Shown here one piece after another: positions 24,790 through 32,391 of a stretch of DNA of 32,391 nucleotides (positions within the stretch are counted from its first letter, which is position 1; each line of letters opens with the position of its first letter). Position numbers and translations under genes: made by a program. The stretch covers positions 1 to 32,391 of the forward strand of contig NEEC01000175.1 of NCBI GenBank assembly GCA_002189035.1. Reading direction: 5' to 3'. The stretch comes from Utricularia gibba (lineage: Eukaryota > Plantae > Magnoliophyta). Under the pieces are notes generated by a model. It was not told where the DNA came from, made no database searches, and saw only the letters and a program-made list of their open reading frames with translations.

Positions 24790-25200
24790 GAAATTCATAT
24801 TAAGTTGCTTGTACATGGTAATATTTCGTTATATGAAAACATAGTAATGATTAAAAACCAATGCTTAGGATTTAAATTTATGTAGTTAGCTACTCTTATT
24901 TGCAAGCATTGCGAATGTTGCATGGTGATGTTTGCGATTTAATTGTACTTGGTAATATTTGTTTATTTGTAACTACAATGATAGTTGCAAAATAATACTT
25001 GCGATATAAATTTATGTGATTAGAAAATTTATTTGCAAGCACTATGAAGGTTGCATTGCGATGGTTATGATTTAAATATAGTTAGTTGGTTTCAGTTCAT
25101 TACAAATACTATGATGGTTATGCTATAGTGTCACATTTTAATTTATATGGTTGTAGTTTCTTTATTGACATGCACTATAAAGGTTATATACTCCAACTTG
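24790..25200. repeat. Degenerate minisatellite, 66/67-bp monomer with 133-bp higher-order dimer
   Basis: Unit starts at 24829, 24896, 24963, 25029, 25096 and 25162. 24896 vs 25029 match at 24/28 (TTATTTGCAAGCATTGCGAATGTTGCAT / TTATTTGCAAGCACTATGAAGGTTGCAT). GTAC(A/T)TGGTAATATTT occurs at 24811 and 24945. Confidence 0.75.
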
Positions 25201-26000
25201 TGGATAACACAAACATATAGTTACTATTTCCACAAACCAAAACCAACCTTATAGTTTGAAAAATGATAATTTCTTGATAACCAAAAGTAGTTTTTTTTAT
25301 TTTTTTAGTGCTGACCAAAGATTAATAAACGTTTTTATTTTTTTAAATTTTCTTGAAGCTGAATAATGGCTAATGTTTCTCATATTTTTTAAATTTTTAA
25401 AGTGGATTTGAATCAGTAGTTTTAAACCATTAGTTTAGTTGGTTGGAGTTGGATTGGAACCACTGTTTCACGTTTTTTAATATACTATGTTTTTATAAAA
25501 ATTACATTGTTATATTATTAAGTTGCCCAAAATTTCCTTTCTCTTTCAATTAAGAATTAGAAGAGTTAAGAAATCTTATGTCTTAAAGCTTATGTTGGGA
25601 TTTGACGATAATCATTCAAGTTTTCTTATTTAGATATGCCTATTTGGGCATTACATTTTGAAGCACACCTTATCTAGGTCTTTATATATTCAGACATTAC
25701 TTTGTCCTAAGGCTTCTATCTTGGTATTTCTCAATCTAGATATTATTGCTTTGATGATTTTGCTATGTCATGATAATTATAAAAATCAAACACATTATTT
25801 GAGTAGAGTGACAAATCAAAATGTCCAAGCCACTTGCACCTACTCCTAGAAATTGTAACTTGCCAACTATTATGAAACAAAAAAATAAGTAGATTAATCC
25901 AACCCATTCTCATTGGACTGATGGTAGATTTCAAGATTTCAATTCTAAACTACTAATCACTTGATAAATCAGTGTTTATTTTAATTAGCTAGGGGTCTAG

Positions 26001-26171
26001 TGATGGTACAAAATCTCACATTGGTTACAGACAGAGGTGGGGACATGCCTTAATAGAGAGATCTTGCTAATTTTGCTTGAGACTTTTTCCCCAGAAGGGA
26101 ATAACTTAAAACCATGAGGGGTGGGTTCTCAAAGTGGACAATATCGTATAAGGTGAATATGGATCATGACA
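26001..26171 (+). mobile_element. Short TRIM/copia-like solo LTR
   Basis: TG...CA ends, with flanks TCTAG/TCAAG (4/5 TSD). Contains CTCACATTGG, TTAAAACCATGAGGG and CAAAGTGGACAATATC, motifs I recall from short eudicot TRIM-type LTRs. Confidence 0.45.
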
Positions 26172-28409
26172 TCAAGGTTCTTCATTATTGCATATTTATC
26201 CCTTTGTAGTTTGCACCCCTAATTCCCTCCACTTAGAAGAATTTTACTTGATGTGCATTACTCCACAAGATGTTAGTTTTATTTAATTTGAAATGTAATT
26301 CTATTGAATAGTATTCTTGACTTGGGCCTTAGAAACATTTTTTGTCATGATTTGTCATATGAGCTTTGTTTTTCATTTTTGTGAATCTAATTTGTCATTG
26401 AAAATAAAGATTGCAATATTTTAACTTTTGGGTTTAGGTATACTCATAAAGAATGAAAAATATAAAACTTTAAAGAAGATAGATAGTGAATGTATCCCAT
26501 GATTCAACATCCGTACACCTTGATCATTTTGGAAGCCAACTACCTCTACAATAAAAAGAATTGATGAACTGATGAAAGTAGAGAAATCTAAACTAAAATT
26601 GTGTTGCAAGTATTGTCTAAAAGAATATGTAGTTGAATTAAAGAAAACATAGTACAAACAACATGATTTATTATTTGAAATTTCAAAAGATAGATATTTT
26701 ACATTGAAGCCATTTCAAACATTATCTCCTTTCTCTCCCTGAAATATCTATAGGATGCCCTTCAAAAAGGAATCGATTTCAATAAAGATTTTCTCATTTT
26801 TGCCCTACATAAGAGTATTCTATTTAGATTTCAAGATGTGGAATAATCTTCAAACAAATGCAAGATTGATAAAGGAAAATTTCTAAATCATTGTAAAAAT
26901 TAAAGTTGTGTGTGAAATAAATTTTTAAGTTATATTCCGCACACTGTACAAATCAAAACAAAATACATAGTAGTTTTAAGAGTTAAACACAACAAATTGA
27001 TGTTTGTGATGTTAAAGTTTTATGCATTTTGATTGTCACAAAAATAATTATTAGTTAAAACTAACTATAATGTAATAGCAAAGATACAAAAATAAAGTTA
27101 ACGATATGGAAAACTAATAAAGTTAATTTACCAATTAAAAATTTGAATGTGGGTTCCAAGGGATGTATTGACTTGGTTTTGTATATCAAAATCTTACGGT
27201 GTTTTTTTTAACTTTAGATTATTTATATCTGTCCAAACTAACCTTTATGAGTTTTCGACTTTAATTTTTTGAGTTTTCTTAAATTATCTTACGTTTTGGC
27301 ATACCATTTTTTAAGATATAAAAGATTAGGTTTACTTGATCCTATTGATATTTACTCAAACAAGTTTAGGCATGAATCAATATCTCAATTTTTTAATCTA
27401 CCTCTAAGTTGGGTTTCTTAAATTAGATGTTTTACCTTTTTTCCCTCCTATATCTATCTTAGTGTTAAAGAAAAAATACACAAACTCTCTCAAGTTTTGG
27501 TCCTTACACCACCCCAATACATACCCCCTTCTATCCTCAATTCATCATATTAAAATCTAGTCACTCATAACATAGTCATAGATAAAAGAACATTTTTAGT
27601 TACAGTAATAACAACAAAATTATAAGTTGAAGGAAAATGTTTAAATGAAGAAAATATTAATGGAGTCATATCCTATTCTTGCAATACTACTCCACACTAT
27701 CCCTATTAGGAGTTGCGTATGCCTTGAATTGGGTTTTAGGCTCTTCGGGCTAAAACGAAATTTCCTTTCTTCTTCCTCTTCTATTTTTATTTGGATTGTC
27801 TTCTGTATAAAACTTATGTATTTAAAACTCTTTAAAATGTGTCTTTTTTCTTCATAATAATGTCCTTGGAGGTTGTGCAAAATATCGCCCTCATTTTCTC
27901 CTTCATCCTTAGCAACTTTTGTGTCATATCTTCTTTATGTTTATCTTTTTGTGTGTTATCACTTCTTTCCCCTTTAATATCCTTCTTTAGTGTCTTTTTT
28001 CAGAGCAAATCGTCCTCATATCTTGTCCGCGTATTTGCATATTGTACCTCCACCCTATATTAGGTGCCATCTATTCTTAACATATAAATTAGACTTGATT
28101 TTTTTTCTAAGATGATGTTAGTAAACTTAGAAAAATATTAGAAAAAATAAAGTTGATTAAATCATCTATTTAGCTCACATTGACACATAGAAATAAAAAT
28201 AATATTAAAACCAATAAAATATTTAAAACACCATCTAGAACACTTGATTTTAAATCATATTCATTTTATAATATAAAATCACTTGAGAATAGTTTGTTAT
28301 CAAAGATCGCATGAAGGAGTCCCATGGTATGATAATATCTTCATGTGAAGATTTGATTATCATACATTTCATCATAACCTACAAATCTTGAAAAATTGTT
28401 TGTACAACC

Positions 28410-28670
28410 GAGAGGTTATTGTGTCACTATACTATCCATAGTGCAACAAACTCTAGACCTCATCTCACAAGTTAAATAGCACAAGACTTCATATATTTTG
28501 AAGGTTTTCAAGTTATTATCCTAACCTTTAGTAATCTTAAAATATGAAAGTTTTCAGCTCACTATCCTTACCTTCATACGATACAATTTTTAAAGTTATT
28601 AAATTATTATCATGCACTTATTGGTTTGTTGAGTTAGAAGTTTTTTTGGTCACTACCCTCACATTCTTTC
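28410..28670. repeat. Degenerate tandem repeat, about 45-46 bp period
   Basis: Related units start at about 28411, 28501, 28547, 28592 and 28637. 28501 vs 28547 match at 23/30 (AAGGTTTTCAAGTTATTATCCTAACCTTTA / AAAGTTTTCAGCTCACTATCCTTACCTTCA). Confidence 0.55.
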
Positions 28671-29639
28671 ATTTTAGACTTTTGATTTCTCGAACAAAGC
28701 AACATCAACATTTTGAGTCTTTCAACATTTAGGACTAATCAGTGTCGAGGCTTTCATAGGATGTTGAAGACTATGAAGTCAAATGGCTTCAAACACTTTT
28801 GAAAGCCTCAATATTGAACTTTACTTGTTTGAGCCTTTTGAGTTAAGTAACATTGAGACTTCAAAGATTAATGAAGTTTGTTGGATCACAAATTGTGCCT
28901 TTATTCGGTTTGAATCTCTTGGCCTTCTATGACCAAGTAGAATAAAGGCTACCATGTAGTTTGAAGAGGTTTGAATATTTTGTCCATTTGCACTAGTGAG
29001 TATCGAGACTTTCAAAAATTAATGAAGGTTGTAGAGTCATTACTATTGCCTTTATTTTGTTTAAATGACATATAATATTCTACAAAAAATTAAACAAGAT
29101 AAATTGGGTCACACACATGATTGTAAAATAAAACATGTTTCAACATGATCAAATATATCCAAATATCATTTTGAATTCATCATGCACATAGACAAGGATG
29201 GAATGGCGGATTTGTATCTCTTTAACCAATTCAATGAAGTTTATTTCTCCTTTATAAGGAGTCTTAGCACCTCAACTAGGTCAATCAAGGACTCCTCAAT
29301 TAGTTTGGCCTTCCCCTTACTAGTATGGCCACTCTCCCAACCATCTCCATCTGTTCATTTCCTCTCGAAGGTTCGTTCTTTTTTAGGTGCAAGAGCATCG
29401 AGACCCTTTGTGGTGAGAAGGGTCATCGAGAATTATAACACTGCTATTTTTGTTGTTCTTGAGTAAATGCTAGTTATCCCACTTTAGATGAGGCTCAAAT
29501 GATTTTTGTTGAGTGAGATAAGTATGGGTGAGGAAATTGAATCTACTTATCTTTGTTCCTGAACTTCATTCATTTTGCATCACATTTCAAAACTTTGAAG
29601 TTGTGGCATTAAATCCCCTATATAAAAGATCAGGTCTCC

Positions 29640-30120
29640 TTAAAGCATTTTGGTGGAAAATTCGTCAAAAATAGGGTAAAACTAGTGAGAAGACAAGAAC
29701 TTTTCATCATATTGATGACTGCCAAGATGTTGTCTACAGATTTAAACTTGAGAACATAATCATACACGAGCTATTGAAGTGTTTCCCCTTGATGCAAGTT
29801 GATAGCGAACCACATAGCGTTGTTCTTTGGAGTTTTGGGTATATGTATCACAAAAGGCCATCATGTCACAAGCAATGATGAACAATCAAGTTTCATATGG
29901 GATCATGCCTATGAGCCAACTACAAAGGTGACAATTTGAGGTTCTCTAATTGATTTGTTCCTCTATATGGGTTGGTAGTGAGATGGGCATATGACTTGGT
30001 GAGGTGGCCAAAGAAACCTGATTTTTAGCTAGCCCAATTAACATTTCCATCCAAAAGTAATAATTGGTGCTATTGAGATTGATAATAAAGAACTTCTTAA
30101 ACATGTTGATGTTACTAAGG
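29640..30120 (-). mobile_element. Decayed copia gag (UBN2-like) fragment
   Basis: IINLNSTNYYFW, LCSWLIGMIPYE, RYVVRYQLASRGNTSI and YDYVLKFKSVDNILAVIN..FLTNFPP resemble the copia gag pattern IKL.STNYLLW / LSWL / SI.EY..KFK...D.LA.I / FL.GLP. Confidence 0.6.
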
Positions 30121-30444
30121 AATATGTGGATATTGGCAAAAGCAGTTAGAGGATAAGGGTCAATTAAACTAGCGAAGCAAGTTGCTCATGTTTGCAAGAG
30201 ATTTTGAGAAAGTAGAGAATCAAAGTACAAAAAGATGACGTGTTTTTTTCCACACAAAATCACTACAAGAATTGCAAATAAATACAAGATAACTAATTGT
30301 TGTTATAAAGTTTAACCTTGAGATAATGCTCTCTTCTATAGTTGAATCTTGATAAGAATGATATCAAGTACAGAGGAGGGTACACTAATTGCCTTAGTGT
30401 ATATTTATCCGAATAAGATTTCCTTATATTATTGATCAATTTTA

Positions 30445-30476
30445 TCATTTACAAAATTGGTCATTTACAAAATTGG
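30445..30476. repeat. Perfect 16-bp tandem duplication downstream of the GH9 stop
   Basis: TCATTTACAAAATTGG occurs twice (30445-30460, 30461-30476), followed by TCA. Confidence 0.9.
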
Positions 30477-30583
30477 TCACATTGAGGTAAAAATTTTTAA
30501 CTTAGGATGAATACTTTTTTTCACATACTTCATCAAAGATGGCCAGATTTGTAATATACTTCTATGTTGAATGAATTGACTGA

Positions 30584-32391
30584 CTATGTGAAAGATGGGA
30601 CGAGAGATGAGGTGGTGATCAAACCCGAGAGAAGTCCCACAGCAAGCGCAGAGTTGTAGGTTGTGGGTTCCCCTTGCATGGAGTTGTTCCTCGTGTCAAT
30701 ATAGGTTTCGTTTAGAAAAGGTCCTCCGACCAAAGCCCCCGTTGCTACATTCGGATTCGGGTCATCGGATTCAAGCCATTTGAACCCGTCTTTGCAACCG
30801 GGTGACTCCTCCGCCGGAATCGAGGCTCCACGGTGGTGAACGTATTCCGGGTACCTGCGGCCATAGCCAACAAGGTAGCTCATCTTCATGCCGTTTTGCC
30901 CGATAACGTAGTCTACTTGAGATCTTGCAAAGTAACGAAGATCATATGCATGAAATTCTCGTCCGTCGCAGGTAAGCGCCCTTGTCCGAGATGTCAGCAT
31001 GTAATCGCTGTATACTGTGGCCAGAAACGCCGATGCCACGGGATGCTGTATCGCATTCCATTCCGTTACCCATATCAAACCACCTTCAAAATTAGGAGAA
31101 TTGTAAATCTCTCATTCAATGTTTGAAATAATTTACAATTAAAAAAATGAAAAGTCGAAACTAAAAATCGCCTACTCTCTGTCCGGCTGGAGGTAGCGGA
31201 GGGGGACTCCGGCAAGAGGCTGCACATCAGAGCTTCTGCCGACTGCCGGTAGTTGTTTAGCTCCGGTGAGTCCTTCTTCGATCCGAAGAAGGTGATCCTA
31301 GAGAGTAATACCTGTACCCAAACAACTAATTAAGTTTTAACTGCTTTCAACGCATAACATAATTATTACATATTTGTCCAGTTGTGGTGACCTGAGCTCC
31401 GGCAAGCTTGTTATCCCAACTAAACCAGCTAGGGTTTGGGTTATCCCATTCTCCGAACTCCTCGCCGCCTGTCCCCGTCACGAAATCGTAGTAGGGCTCT
31501 TCTCCCGTTGCGTGAAAGAGCCAAGCTGCTGCCCACAGAAGCTCGTCACCGTATCCGGTGGAGTTGTAGTAGCTACGGACATGGGGAATGGTGACGCTGT
31601 ATGATTGTCTGTACTGTTCGCAAATGAGAACAGCTGCTTTGCATGCTTCAATAGTAGAATTGAATAGGGTGAATCACTGGCCTTGAAGACCAGAGATGAT
31701 GAAGCCAGGGCCGCCGCTGTCTCGGCGGCTACCTCCGTGCCGGGGCTCGAAACGTTCACCTGTGTCAACGGCCGTTTTTCTTTCATGTCCTCCGGCCTGT
31801 TCCAACAGCCATGGTCGATCTTAGGGTCCCCCACCTGCCAAATTTCCGAGTTTGCATTACAAATAAAATCTCAAAATTGAACACTGTTGAAAGCTCATCT
31901 CTGTCTCACTCTGAAAATGGCAGATTCGTATTTCCAATCCTAGCTACAAAATATAATAAAAAAAATTAAAGTGAAATGATGATAGTACCCATCAGAAGGA
32001 ACCTGAATGTAGAGAACATTATCAGAAGGATGCGCGTTCAACAAGTAATCCGTGATCCATCTTAGGGAGATTTGCGCGGGTTGGAGTTGATCAACGGCCG
32101 CCATCTGATCGCCGTATTCGAGAATAGCCCAAGAGAGAATGGTGGCGGTGAAGGCCATCGGAAAGCCGAACTTCACATGATCTCCGGCGTCGTACATTCC
32201 CTTGGAAAGATCCAGCTTGGCCTCATTCCCATCCCTCAAACCCGAATCCCCTCTCCACGAAATCGGTTGCTCTCCAATTTTCCGGCTGCGATGCAAATCG
32301 GCAACTACCAATGAACGGGTACTGCTTAGATACCGATAAAAAATGCGTTGTGTACATTTTTGGATGTCGAAAAACTGCATTGCGATTTTAA
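30584..32391 (-). CDS. GH9B: Endo-1,4-beta-glucanase, glycoside hydrolase family 9 class B (AtGH9B5/GH9B7-like), 5'-truncated by the window, with two apparent 1-bp frameshifts
   Basis: Exons >32391-32356, 32285-32003, 31834-31392, 31311-31176 and 31083-30584, all with GT-AG introns. Exon lengths fit the phases only if exons 2 and 3 each lack one base. Motifs: KIAMQFFDIQKSGKL, WRGDSGL, DLSKGMYDAGDHVKFGFPMAFTAT, VGDPKIDHGCWNRPEDM, PGTEVAAETAAA, YNSTGYGDELLWAAAWL, FSWDNKLAGAQ, SYLVGYG..YP..VHHRGASIP, GALVGGP and EPTTYNSA. No CBM49 tail. Confidence 0.93.

Noticed and set aside
25410-25480. MITE-like terminal word CAGTAGTTTTAAACC
   Set aside because: No partner inverted repeat or TSD was found.
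27641-28063. Hydrophobic, low-complexity ORFs (70-79 aa)
   Set aside because: Expected from T-rich intergenic DNA; no domain evidence.
10240-28670. CRISPR-like interpretation of the periodic arrays
   Set aside because: Eukaryotic context, degenerate whole-unit repeats without unique spacers, and no cas genes.
29182-29466. 94-aa plus-strand ORF and a broken minus-strand frame
   Set aside because: Lies next to a copia gag relic and has no assignable motif; probably TE debris.
1-32391. tRNA, rRNA, snoRNA or miRNA genes
   Set aside because: None were recognisable by eye. The only tRNA-related sequence is the retroelement PBS at 20915-20926. tRNAscan-SE, Infernal or folding would be needed to exclude them.

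Overview
Eudicot-like plant nuclear DNA with three intron-containing genes separated by TE debris. (1) The 3' part of a filament-like plant protein gene (FPP/DUF869, + strand, 2-1952). (2) A complete five-exon clade-II glutamate receptor-like channel gene (GLR2-type, - strand, 15125-11857). (3) Most of a class-B GH9 endo-1,4-beta-glucanase gene (- strand, window end to 30584). Manual splicing shows all three genes carry small frameshifts (five in about 6 kb of coding sequence, mostly 1-bp losses in short base runs) but no substitution-type stop codons. This most likely reflects indel errors in the assembly, though real pseudogenisation cannot be excluded. The intergenic DNA holds three solo LTRs with perfect or degenerate target-site duplications (two belong to one family and flank the GLR in inverted orientation), several decayed, nested or rearranged Ty1/copia relics, a decayed hAT transposase and a TRIM-like LTR. 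It also holds unexplained degenerate minisatellites: two 66/67-bp arrays with 133-bp dimer structure about 14.5 kb apart, and one 45-bp array. I see no convincing wholly new biological system. The best leads are the paired 66-bp arrays, the possible ATD-only GLR product, the GLR sitting between apparently syntenic FPP4/GH9B anchors, and an unassigned coding-like island downstream of the GLR. All alignments were done by eye, and family assignments rest on recalled consensus motifs.
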